From Verrucomicrobiota bacterium (GTDB lineage Bacteria > Verrucomicrobiota > Verrucomicrobiia > Verrucomicrobiales > DEV007), in the NCBI GenBank assembly GCA_045046875.1, contig JASFYY010000078.1, positions 14,383-78,382 of the forward strand: a stretch of 64,000 nucleotides of DNA. Direction: 5' to 3'. Below, in pieces: positions 9,319 through 18,277 of this stretch. Position numbers and translations under genes: made by a program. The first letter of the stretch is position 1. Every line of letters starts with the position of its first letter. The notes below the pieces were generated by a model. That model did not search any database. It worked only from the letters and a program-made list of their open reading frames with translations, and was not told the origin of the DNA.

Positions 9319-10371
9319 TCAAGCCTTTATTTCCTCACTGGGGTAAGGTCTCAGACCGAGAAGAATCTCAGCTCTCTCGGTGAGTGGTTTGGCGGCGAAT
9401 TCTTTCCCAGTGTGTCCAGCGAGGCTACTGCTGACGAGAGCATAAACGGCCTGACGGTCTTGACTGGTATCGAGTTCAACACACAGGTTTTTACTCTTGA
9501 AGAGCTCGACGGTGGGCAGGGTCTCAGCCTTGAAGGTATCGAATCTCAGCTTCACGCTGGCAAGATTATCGTCACTTCTGCCTGAATACTTGGCGCGGCC
9601 CAGGATACGTTTTTCGAGAACCGCATAGGGGCATTCAAAATACAGCATTTTAGGGAGCTCTTCCTCTCTGCCGAAGATATCATACCATCCTTCCAAATTA
9701 TCTAAGGAGCGGGGGAATCCATCGAGAAGAAAGTTGTTCCTTCCTGTCATTCTAGTGACATTCTCCATTGCGTTTTTGAGCAATTTCATAACGATTTCAT
9801 TGGGCACCAACTTGCCCGCTGTGATGAACTCTTCGATGGTGTGCGCAGTTGGGCCGCCAGCCTCACGCTCAGCGCGCAGTAGATCCCCGGTGGACAAATG
9901 AGTCCAGCCGAGTTGAGACTCGGCAAGTTCACACATCGTTCCTTTCCCAGTGCCAGGCCCTCCGAGAACAAAGACCACGTTGGGCTTGGGGCAGGGCTGT
10001 CGCGGGTCGTAGTGGTGGAGCACGACCTTGGGAGCCGGCGCGACGCCCTTATGGTAGACGTGCCATTCACTGTCAGTAGGCGGCATCGCAGCTTCGCTGG
10101 TGATATCGTAGGCTAGATGACCATCGAGACGTGAGATTCTCCAGGATGTGTAGCTGTTCGAGTACGAGAGAGCAGGGCTTCGGGCAGCTTTTCCATCGGC
10201 TCGATCCCATGCCATCTTGCCGTTCCAATAACCCAGGCTTGATACGGTTCCCGATTCAGATTTGGCGGGAGGTGCCGTGGAAGGAACGAAGAGGCCGTCT
10301 ACTTCAGGCAGGCCGCATCCGGAGACTTCGAGAAAGAAGGTATTGGGTTTAAGTTCGTTAGTTTCTGACAT
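9319..10371 (-). CDS. UMP-CMP kinase-like nucleoside monophosphate kinase (adenylate kinase family) with ~125-aa N-terminal extra domain
   Basis: VVFVLGGPGTGKGT P-loop; HLSTGDLLRAE; GKLVP; FLLDGFPRS; short-lid SGRSDDN..SVK.RF. Confidence 0.9.
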   Translation of the reverse strand: MSETNELKPNTFFLEVSGCGLPEVDGLFVPSTAPPAKSESGTVSSLGYWNGKMAWDRADGKAARSPALSYSNSYTSWRISRLDGHLAYDITSEAAMPPTDSEWHVYHKGVAPAPKVVLHHYDPRQPCPKPNVVFVLGGPGTGKGTMCELAESQLGWTHLSTGDLLRAEREAGGPTAHTIEEFITAGKLVPNEIVMKLLKNAMENVTRMTGRNNFLLDGFPRSLDNLEGWYDIFGREEELPKMLYFECPYAVLEKRILGRAKYSGRSDDNLASVKLRFDTFKAETLPTVELFKSKNLCVELDTSQDRQAVYALVSSSLAGHTGKEFAAKPLTERAEILLGLRPYPSEEIKA

Positions 10372-10520
10372 GATGTTTTTTAGCTGTGGTGGGGGGTGGT
10401 TGAGTGGTGATGCAACGTGCCTCGGGTCGTTTGTATCACGGGTAGCCTTTGCGAGTCAATCTTTGCCGCTATCACGTTTGTTTTGCATTGTTTGTTTCGA
10501 TTTTAACCGTCATAGTAATT

Positions 10521-10600
10521 TCACCACGCAATGCCATTGCGTTCCACATTCATCACTGCGCGTGTTTTTTCACACCGTGGAATGGATTGGCAATCCGTTT
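10521..10600. repeat. REP-like palindrome doublet
   Basis: TCACCACGCAATGCCATTGCGTTCCACA identical to the stretch near 6932-6959; GTGGAATGGATTGGCAATCCGTTT related to 6962-6987 and 41331-41353. Confidence 0.75.
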
Positions 10601-10611
10601 TTGCCTTTCAT

Positions 10612-11886
10612 TCAGCTGGAGACTTTTTTTGCTGGATTGACAAAAGCAAAGCTCAAGCCTCCGGCGAAATAGACCAGGGCAAAAAGAACCAGCACTAGAT
10701 TCCAATTGGCAGTCCATTTAAAGAGGTAGCCGATGATCACCGGACAGGCGGCTGCGGCAAAGTTGCCGCTCATGTTCATCACTCCAAATACCTGGGGGAT
10801 ATGTTTGCCGCCGATATCGATGGTCGATGAAAAAGCACAGGGGCCGGCGATGGCGGCGGAGAAAGCGCCGGCGGTCAGTAGGGTGATCGCAAAGCTGATG
10901 TTGTGGATGAAATAAGCGCTCAGAATCAGGGCTCCACAGAGGAACATAAAGGTCGCGCCCACTCCGCCACGGCTCAAGCGCAGACTGCCGGTCTTTTTCC
11001 AGATCCAGTCGACCAGCAGGCCACCGAGCAGACTGCCGCCGAAGGTCGCGGCAAAGACCAATGCCTGGAGATAACCTGAATCAGCGACGGAAATATTGCG
11101 GGTTTCTTGAAGAAAGGTCGGGAACCAGCTGGCGAAAAACATGTAGCCGGAGGCTCTGAAAACTTGCTGCCCGCACAGCGCCCACATCGAGGGGTTGGAA
11201 AAAACAGCTGCCCAGGGAGTCGGCTCGTGACTTTGATCTTCGCTATCGGCTACGGCTTCATCACGTCCGGCTGCGATCAATTTCAGTTCAGCGGTATTCA
11301 CTGAAGGATCCTGTTTGGGATCGTTCCAAAATCTGAGATAAAATACAATGGCCCAGAGAATGCTAGGGATGGCAAAAACGATGAAGACCCAACGCCAGCC
11401 GATTTGTGTTAGCAATACCCCGGCAAGCACCGAAGAGACGATCGCGCCGACTTGCATGCCTGAAGCCAGCACCCCACAGGAAAAAGACTGGCGGGCCAGT
11501 GGTATCCAGTGAGAGATCGAGTTGCAGGAAGCTGGAAAGATGCCGGCCTGGGCAATGCCCATCACCAGTTGGCCGAGTATCAACATCCATAATACCGGGG
11601 CTAAACCCAGAAGGATGCCGGCGACTGCCCAGCCGAGTGAAAAAACGGTCAGCGCAATTTTTGATCCCCAGCGATGCGCCATCCATCCGCCGGGAACCTG
11701 GAAGAGGGCATAAGTCCAGAAAAATGCTCCCATGAACCATCCGGATTCGGTTAAGGTCAAGCCGAGGTCTTCACGGATCGTGGACTCGGCGACACCTACG
11801 GAATTCCTGCAAAGATAAGCTAAGGCTGCGGCAAGTGTCAGCCAGGTGAGCACTCGAATACGAACCCATGTGGGGCGGCCGTTCAT
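10612..11886 (-). CDS. MFS transporter, anion:cation symporter (sugar-acid DgoT/GudP-like)
   Basis: about 12 TM; YLCRNS; FFWTYALFQVPGGW; GWRWVF; FFASWFPTFL; GVMNMSGN. Confidence 0.85.
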   Translation of the reverse strand: MNGRPTWVRIRVLTWLTLAAALAYLCRNSVGVAESTIREDLGLTLTESGWFMGAFFWTYALFQVPGGWMAHRWGSKIALTVFSLGWAVAGILLGLAPVLWMLILGQLVMGIAQAGIFPASCNSISHWIPLARQSFSCGVLASGMQVGAIVSSVLAGVLLTQIGWRWVFIVFAIPSILWAIVFYLRFWNDPKQDPSVNTAELKLIAAGRDEAVADSEDQSHEPTPWAAVFSNPSMWALCGQQVFRASGYMFFASWFPTFLQETRNISVADSGYLQALVFAATFGGSLLGGLLVDWIWKKTGSLRLSRGGVGATFMFLCGALILSAYFIHNISFAITLLTAGAFSAAIAGPCAFSSTIDIGGKHIPQVFGVMNMSGNFAAAACPVIIGYLFKWTANWNLVLVLFALVYFAGGLSFAFVNPAKKVSS

Positions 11887-13310
11887 AGATCCTGGAGTTC
11901 TTGACAGATCCCCGCTTTTAATTTTTCAAGACTGCCCGCCGCAAAAGGAGTCTGCCAAACTTGATAAACATCTTCATCATACAGTTCAGCCAGTGGTAGG
12001 TAACCCATCGAACCGTTGGCGAGATTGAGGTAAATCACCGGAGAGTCTGGAAACTCTTTGCGCAGTTCCTGTTGAATCCACGAATAGCTTTCGAGCATGT
12101 TGGCAATCAGGAAAGCGTCGCCGATTTTCCAGATCCATATGGGTAGGCTGTAAGTATCGCCATCACCAAGACTGCGACGGATATCGCGTTTTCGTCGCAA
12201 GCGCTCCTGTGTTTGCCGCTCCGTTGCAGCGAGCATTTGTCGCTCCAGTTCTTCGGCGGAAGGCCAGTTTTTCAGTGGCAGGTCGACTGTTGTCTGGAGC
12301 GATTTTAATTCAGTGGATGGTGAGCCGCTCTCTCTTTTCCAAATAGCCAGCGGTGCTCCGGATTCGCAAACGCCAGCAAAGGTCAATTGCTGGCCAGCGG
12401 GTTCCATGCCGCTTAAGGTGGACAGGATCGCGTAGCCGAGTTCTTTGCCGTGACCATCGGCAACTGCCGGGTCACCGACGTATTGATAGCGAGGAGACAG
12501 TTCGCCGGAGGCTCCTTGGAGAAAAAAAGCGAGGGTATCGGTTTGTTCTTTTTCAATCGTCTCGCGCATCGCTCCGATGAAATCCGGCGAGATCAATCGA
12601 TTGTCCCAGGCGAGGGTGGTGGGGTGACAGGCGTAATTGGCAATGATGGCGAGTGTTTTGCCGTCGTCGTTAGAGACACGGCCAACCAGCAGGGTGTCGT
12701 CGGCTTCGGCGTCAGGATCGAATCCGCAGATTCGGCGGTTGTCACGAGAAGGATCCGGGTCGCACAAATCCCGGGCAGTAGCCAGTTGGCATTTTCCGGC
12801 GCGCCATTCGATGGTCACCGTTTGCACGGATTGCATGGCGAGTTGGACCACCTCGATGGCGCGGTTGCGGACTTGGTCGAGGAAAGGCAAAAGCAGATCC
12901 CCGCCTTGCCACTCCTCATCGACTTGATCGGTTAAAGGAGGAGAGGCATGGGTGTGGGTCAGGGCGAATATGAATCGTGACTCATCCAGGTTGCATGCTT
13001 TTAGAATAGTATCACGGAAGCTGCGCTCCAGTTCCAAACTTCGCCACCAGCCTAGGTCGGCGTCGACGATGACCAGTGGTTTGCCCTCTTTCGAGTCCTG
13101 GATCACCAGCGCGCTGATAAAAAGCGGGCGATGGATTCCTTCGGCGGTATCATGCGCCGCGGCCCCCCAGTTGCGGGCATAGATGCCCACTGCGGGAGTG
13201 ATGTCCGCACGTGCCATGCCGGCTCGGCCGGAGAATCCTGGGGGTTTAAATTGCAAATTCACGCAGAACAGCTTTAGCATGTTGAGCAGCGGATGCAATA
13301 CCATGATCAC
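11883..13310 (-). CDS. neutral/alkaline ceramidase N-terminal domain-like hydrolase (true start may be ~15 codons downstream)
   Basis: G.ARADITP; ALTHTHASP; NYACHPT; ISPDFIG; FLQGASGE. Confidence 0.75.
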   Translation of the reverse strand: MIMVLHPLLNMLKLFCVNLQFKPPGFSGRAGMARADITPAVGIYARNWGAAAHDTAEGIHRPLFISALVIQDSKEGKPLVIVDADLGWWRSLELERSFRDTILKACNLDESRFIFALTHTHASPPLTDQVDEEWQGGDLLLPFLDQVRNRAIEVVQLAMQSVQTVTIEWRAGKCQLATARDLCDPDPSRDNRRICGFDPDAEADDTLLVGRVSNDDGKTLAIIANYACHPTTLAWDNRLISPDFIGAMRETIEKEQTDTLAFFLQGASGELSPRYQYVGDPAVADGHGKELGYAILSTLSGMEPAGQQLTFAGVCESGAPLAIWKRESGSPSTELKSLQTTVDLPLKNWPSAEELERQMLAATERQTQERLRRKRDIRRSLGDGDTYSLPIWIWKIGDAFLIANMLESYSWIQQELRKEFPDSPVIYLNLANGSMGYLPLAELYDEDVYQVWQTPFAAGSLEKLKAGICQELQDL

Positions 13311-13344
13311 ATATCATGAAGATCTCCTGCTATGAATTTTTTTT

Positions 13345-13545
13345 AACCACGGATGGCACGGATGACACGGATAAGATAAATGCATGGGAATAAAGGGGAA
13401 GATTCCTATCATGAAATTGAGATTGGGAAGGTATTGTGTATTTTTCTCCAGTTGCTTCGACTTCGTCTCATCAGTGTTCATTTGCCTTCGGTCAATTTCC
13501 TCCGGCTATCTCCGCTTCGCTCCGGTTGTGCAAATCAGGGGTTAA
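13345..13545. repeat. CACGGAT-type inverted-repeat element with a nested insertion in its right arm
   Basis: left arm AACCACGGATGGCACGGATGACACGGAT (13345-13372); degenerate right arm ATCAGTGTTCATTTG[insert ~13485-13528]TGCAAATCAGGGGTTAA. Confidence 0.65.
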
Positions 13546-13596
13546 TTTTTTTTGTCGTGTGGTATTAAATAGGATTATCGCGTAGCCTGCAAAAAT

Positions 13597-14775
13597 ATGA
13601 AAATCACCTCCATCGAAACTCACGTTTGTCACGCGCGCATGCGGAACTGGATTTTTGTCAAAGTGTTGACTGATCAACCGGGTCTTTATGGCTGGGGGGA
13701 AGCGACGCTTGAGTGGCATACCAAGGGAGTGTTGGGTTCGATTGAGGATCTGGCAGAGCTGGTGGTGGGGGAAGATCCTCGGCGAGTCGAACATCTGTGG
13801 CAGATGATGCATCGCCAGCATTTTTGGCATGGGCACGGTGCGGTGCGGGCTACGGCCATTGCGGGTATCGATCTTGCGTTGTGGGATATCCTCGGCAAAG
13901 TCGCTAATCTTCCCTGCGCGCAATTGTGGGGCGGGCCGGTGCGTGATTATGTGCGCACCTACTGTCATCTTGGCGGTGGCAACATGGAGGATTTTTATGG
14001 AACAGCTGCCGACGATGCCAAGAAGTTTGGTGAATTGGCACAGGCGGCGGTTGAAGACGGTTACACCGCTTTCAAGTCGATGGCGGTTCCTCCGACGATG
14101 CCGATCGAGGGATTAAAACCGATCCGCGCCGCGGAAGCGGCAGTGGCGGCGATGCGGGAAGCGGTGGGTGATGACATCGACATCATGGTGGATTGCCATG
14201 CGCGTCCTTCACCGGCGATGGGTCTGCAGTTTGCCAAAGCGCTTGAACCTTACGGTTTGTATTTTTTCGAAGAGCCCTGTTGGCCGGAAAGCATCGATGG
14301 TCTGGCGATGATCAATGCGGCGGTGACCACACCGATTGCCACCGGTGAACGAGTGACCAATCTGGCGGCCTTCCGCGATTTGTTCAACGCAAGGGCGTGT
14401 GAAATCTGTCAGCTCGACATCACTCATTGCGGAGGATTGAGCGAGGCGCGTCGGATCGCGGCTTTGGCGGAGGCGCATCGTATCGCACTCGCACCGCATA
14501 ATCCCCAGGGTCCGGTCAGCACCGCAGCTTCCTTGGAGTTTGGTTTTTCCCAACCGAGTTACATCATCTGCGAAACGGTGCACAACGATGTGCCCTGGCG
14601 TGATGACATCATCGATGACGGCTGGACGATGGAAAAAGAGGGGCGCATTGTGCGGCCTAATCAACGGCCCGGACTCGGCATCGAATTAAACGAAGATGAA
14701 ATCAAAAAACATCCGCCCGAGAAAGAAGTGATCCAGCGGGTTTTTTATAAAGATGGCAGTGTGGGGGATTGGTGA
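13597..14775 (+). CDS. dgoD: D-galactonate dehydratase-like (mandelate racemase/enolase superfamily)
   Basis: [66 protein letters not shown] end. Confidence 0.85.
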   Translation: MKITSIETHVCHARMRNWIFVKVLTDQPGLYGWGEATLEWHTKGVLGSIEDLAELVVGEDPRRVEHLWQMMHRQHFWHGHGAVRATAIAGIDLALWDILGKVANLPCAQLWGGPVRDYVRTYCHLGGGNMEDFYGTAADDAKKFGELAQAAVEDGYTAFKSMAVPPTMPIEGLKPIRAAEAAVAAMREAVGDDIDIMVDCHARPSPAMGLQFAKALEPYGLYFFEEPCWPESIDGLAMINAAVTTPIATGERVTNLAAFRDLFNARACEICQLDITHCGGLSEARRIAALAEAHRIALAPHNPQGPVSTAASLEFGFSQPSYIICETVHNDVPWRDDIIDDGWTMEKEGRIVRPNQRPGLGIELNEDEIKKHPPEKEVIQRVFYKDGSVGDW

Positions 14776-14876
14776 AGGTTTGAGCAATCGTATTTCTGTT
14801 TTTCAAAGCTAAAAGCATGGGGTATCTATTGATTGCCGTGCCCATAAGTTCTAGTAATCGATAATTTGCTTCTAAA

Positions 14877-15476
14877 ATGAAATCATTAATCACCTTAATT
14901 CTAATTGCAGTCCTGCCGCTTGCTCTGTCAGCTAAAGATGAGAACCGGAATGACTGGCTGATCGACCCTGCCGCCAAGGTAGGAAAAATAAACAAAAGCA
15001 CTTCGGAAGAAGATTTGATCAAAATTTACGGGAAAGAAAATGTGAAGCGGCAGAAGCTCCCGGTTGGGGAGGGCATGTTTGTTGAAGGGGCGGTTCTGTT
15101 TCCAGGGACAAAAAATGAATTGTTGATTGAGTGGAAGGGTGAGCTGAAAAACCCGGAAAGGATTACGATCAGTTCGCCGAAAGGTTCATGGCGGTTTTCC
15201 AATGGGCTGAAAATAGGAGACTCTTTGGAGGAAGTTGAAAAATATAATGCAGCGGTTTTCAGGCTTAGCGGATTTGAATGGGATTACCCGGGTAGAACCA
15301 CCTCATGGGAAAAAGGAAAGCTTTCTAAAAATTTGCAATTGGACTTCGCGACGGACAAAGAGCTTGCGGAGAGTGATGCGCAAAAAATTGCGGGAGATGG
15401 GACCTTCAAGAGTTCAAACAAAGTCATGAAAAAAATGAAACTTAAGGTGAAAACCATTTTTATCAGGTGGGACTGA
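14877..15476 (+). CDS. secreted hypothetical protein
   Basis: 199-aa ORF with signal peptide; GLKIG.SL.E...N...F.LSGFEWDY motif. Confidence 0.75.
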   Translation: MKSLITLILIAVLPLALSAKDENRNDWLIDPAAKVGKINKSTSEEDLIKIYGKENVKRQKLPVGEGMFVEGAVLFPGTKNELLIEWKGELKNPERITISSPKGSWRFSNGLKIGDSLEEVEKYNAAVFRLSGFEWDYPGRTTSWEKGKLSKNLQLDFATDKELAESDAQKIAGDGTFKSSNKVMKKMKLKVKTIFIRWD

Positions 15477-15634
15477 GAAAAGTGGGGGTCGGGTTGACGT
15501 AAATCCCGATGGGAAGACCGCTGCCGCATCAAAACTGGGAACTGCCTATTTGTTAAGGTAGCAGGCACACGAACCCGCTGGCCCTGGTTTACGAATAATC
15601 TCGATTAGTCTGTAGCGGGCCAAGAGGTCGTCTG

Positions 15635-15917
15635 GGGTGTAAGATAAAAAAGTTAAGCTGCGGATCGCTACGCATTTCACCCTTGCAGGGCTGGGAGAAT
15701 TGGATTTTTTACCCAGCGCTTCGCACTGGGCTATATCATTGAGCACCGTTGGTGCAAGAGATGAAAGTAAATTGTCCTGTAAGGACAAAATGTGATAGCC
15801 CGGTGCGAAGCGCCGGGTTAAATAGGTTTTATTACCAGCCCTAAAAGGGTGAAATGATGTTGATGGTTGATAAGGTAGTTTTTAAAAAACAATGGCTAAC
15901 TTTTTTGTCCTGCACCC
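15635..15917 (+). mobile_element. MITE copy 1 (283 bp, imperfect ~23-bp TIRs, 9-bp imperfect target duplication, internal REP-like palindromes)
   Basis: left GGGTGTAAGATAAAAAAGTTAAGC, right GCTAACTTTTTTGTCCTGCACCC; flanks GGTCGTCTG (15626-15634) and GGTCGTCAG (15918-15926); homologous to 26881-27229 and 29398-29670. Confidence 0.85.
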
Positions 15918-15981
15918 GGTCGTCAGGATGGCTGAACATTGCGCTTTACCTGAGATAAAGCGAGGCATACCATTTGTGCCT

Positions 15982-16944
15982 ATGGTGACAGGATCGTTTC
16001 AGAATTACATTCTAGTTTTCATCGTTCTGGCGCTAAGCGGTTGTGGCAGCCGTTTGCAGCGTCATCGTGATTTGTTGATAGGGCGTCCGGCGCTTTCAGT
16101 GCGATCGCCTGCAGGCGATGAGGTTCAGATCACTTATCTGGGAACCAATGGTTATTTGATACGTTCCCGGGAGACGAGTATTGTGGTTGATCCGTTTTTC
16201 TCCAGGATCAGTCTGGGCAAAGTTATAGTGAACGGAAGGTGTTCGTCGTCGCCTGATTCGGTTTCGAAATATACGGAAGTGGCAGCCTTTCCGAATAAGG
16301 TTGATGCCTGGTTGGTCACTCACAGTCACTATGATCATTTGATGGACGTGCCGTCATTGCAGCGAAAATACGGCGGTAAAATAATAAGCTCAGCAACAGG
16401 CAGCTTTTTGTCTCAAGCGGTTGATCCCGATATTAAATCGAGCGATTTGATAGCAGCGGTGCCGGGAAAATCGTATATGGTGGGTAAAACAAAGATCCGG
16501 GTGATGACTTCAAAACACGACCGGGTTGCGGGTTTTATTCCTATCCCAGGATTGATTTCGGAACCATTGTCAAATGCTCCCAACCGCCCCAATGATTGGA
16601 AAGTCGGTGCTCCCTTAGCCTTTCTCATCGAAATCGCTGGGAAGAGGATTTACGTTGATTCTGGAGGCTTGCCGGGTCATCTGCCTCCGGTGAGTGATGT
16701 GGACCTCGCTATACTCGGTGTTGCAGTGGGTGATGGGCAGAGACGTTTTGTCGAAACGGTGCAGGCTTTGAAACCGCGATACATCCTGCCCAGTCATCAG
16801 GACAATTTTTTCATCCCTTTGGATAAAGGCTTTCGTTTTTCTGCGATTTCAAAGTTCCCGAAATTGAAGAGAGAATTCGAAGAGGGGGATTTTTCGGGGG
16901 AGTTAATATTGATGGATTACTTTCAAACCTGGGTGTTGGAATAG
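15982..16944 (+). CDS. MBL-fold metallo-hydrolase, probable lipoprotein
   Basis: LALSGC lipobox; TYLGTNG; VDPFFSR; THSHYDH; PSHQDNFF. The upstream ATG at 15892 lies inside the MITE. Confidence 0.85.
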   Translation: MVTGSFQNYILVFIVLALSGCGSRLQRHRDLLIGRPALSVRSPAGDEVQITYLGTNGYLIRSRETSIVVDPFFSRISLGKVIVNGRCSSSPDSVSKYTEVAAFPNKVDAWLVTHSHYDHLMDVPSLQRKYGGKIISSATGSFLSQAVDPDIKSSDLIAAVPGKSYMVGKTKIRVMTSKHDRVAGFIPIPGLISEPLSNAPNRPNDWKVGAPLAFLIEIAGKRIYVDSGGLPGHLPPVSDVDLAILGVAVGDGQRRFVETVQALKPRYILPSHQDNFFIPLDKGFRFSAISKFPKLKREFEEGDFSGELILMDYFQTWVLE

Positions 16945-16977
16945 TCTGATGCCGAGATCTAGGCTTTGCCTGAAATA

Positions 16978-18267
16978 TCACAAGCGGTCTTTATTCTTAG
17001 TAAAATAAGCATCTACCTGTTGTTGCAGGTCGGCTGAAAGCTTTTGTTCTTTCAGATAAACGTAAGTGCGGCGGGAGATAAAAAATTTCGGGTGTTTTAA
17101 CAGCTCGGCGGCTTTTTTAGTCACTTTGGTGGATGAGCTGTTTTTCTTATCCATCAAATTGAGAAAAAGATGGACTTCGTAATAGCTTTGCAGGTCGGGT
17201 AAATAGTCACACAGCTGATCATAAAACCCCTGATGGGGTGGCTGGGTGGATGACAGTAAATACTCTAGGATGAGCAGGCGTTTTTTGCTATCGGTCACAG
17301 AAAAAATACTCACTATCGCGTCATCATAGGCTTTTTGCGAGGCGGCGACTTGTTTGAGGTAGGCCAGGGTTGGTGGAATCAGAGTAGGTGATCCTTTTTG
17401 TGCTCGTGAAATGGCGCTGGAGATGAATGCCGTAGCAGTGATGTTACGGATGCGGGCATATTTCAAAGCGAAGCGGGTGCTGTCGGTGTCCTCACTTGCC
17501 AGGTAGCTTAGCAGCTGTTGTTGGCTGCAATCCTTGCCGCTGAAGTTTCTGATGTGCTCGGTGAGCAGACCATTGGACCAGTGCCAGAGGTCGTAACAGG
17601 TGTATCCGGCTCCAAGGATGACGGCGGTTTTGAGATTGAGGATGGTGGGTTGGGATACGGCGGCGACTTTGGGATCAGTGGTATCGTCTGCGGCTTGTTT
17701 GGCAGGGGCCTTGGCGGTCATGGATTCTTTTTCGACTTCCTTGAGCGGTGAGTCGGAATCCTTGAGGATGCCCTGTAGCTTCATCAGATCCTGCTGGGTG
17801 AAAAGCACGTGGTCGAGCTTGGTGAGTTGTGAACCAATGGCAAGGTTGAAACGTTGATAGTGTCCGAGGGCATCCCAGTGGAGCTGCACTTGCACCACAT
17901 CACAGGTTTTGTCGCGACAGATGACCGAGTCCACCCACATCGAATAAGCGGCGGGTTCCCCCTTGGAATTAAAACTTTGAATCAGGGTGTGCGGCAGGGC
18001 CTTGCCCTCGTCGTCACCAGGATGAATGATGATCAGGCTGTGCTTCTGCGTTGTTGTTGGTCGAGCGGGTTGTGCTTCGGCGGCGGATAGGCTGCCTGTG
18101 ATAGTGATCGCAAATATAAACATTGGCAGGCGGAGCGCCCGCTCTACAATTTTGCTTAGGCTGCGGGTATTGCGTTGCAGGGCGAGCGCTCCGCTTGCCG
18201 AGGGTGGCCTCGTCCGTGTCGCATCCGCCTGGCGATGGGATTCGGTTCTCATGCTAATAGGCGGCAA
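16978..18267 (-). CDS. secreted hypothetical protein (start 18267 or 18123)
   Basis: 429-aa ORF 10 bp downstream of the FAD oxidoreductase; CRDKTC, LTKLDH, GAGYTCYDLWHW motifs; helical-repeat-like C-terminus. Confidence 0.7.
   Translation of the reverse strand: MPPISMRTESHRQADATRTRPPSASGALALQRNTRSLSKIVERALRLPMFIFAITITGSLSAAEAQPARPTTTQKHSLIIIHPGDDEGKALPHTLIQSFNSKGEPAAYSMWVDSVICRDKTCDVVQVQLHWDALGHYQRFNLAIGSQLTKLDHVLFTQQDLMKLQGILKDSDSPLKEVEKESMTAKAPAKQAADDTTDPKVAAVSQPTILNLKTAVILGAGYTCYDLWHWSNGLLTEHIRNFSGKDCSQQQLLSYLASEDTDSTRFALKYARIRNITATAFISSAISRAQKGSPTLIPPTLAYLKQVAASQKAYDDAIVSIFSVTDSKKRLLILEYLLSSTQPPHQGFYDQLCDYLPDLQSYYEVHLFLNLMDKKNSSSTKVTKKAAELLKHPKFFISRRTYVYLKEQKLSADLQQQVDAYFTKNKDRL
18125..18199. 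repeat. GTAG-type REP inverted doublet
   Basis: GGCAGGCGGAGCGCCCGCTCTACAA-N25-TTGCAGGGCGAGCGCTCCGCTTGCC; near-identical doublet at 39605-39678. Confidence 0.8.
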
Positions 18268-18277
18268 TGAATTCGAA

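Noticed and set aside
15546..15788. 80-aa ORF, and the similar ORF at 29356-29598
   Set aside because: Both lie largely within MITE copies and are translations of palindromic repeat DNA.
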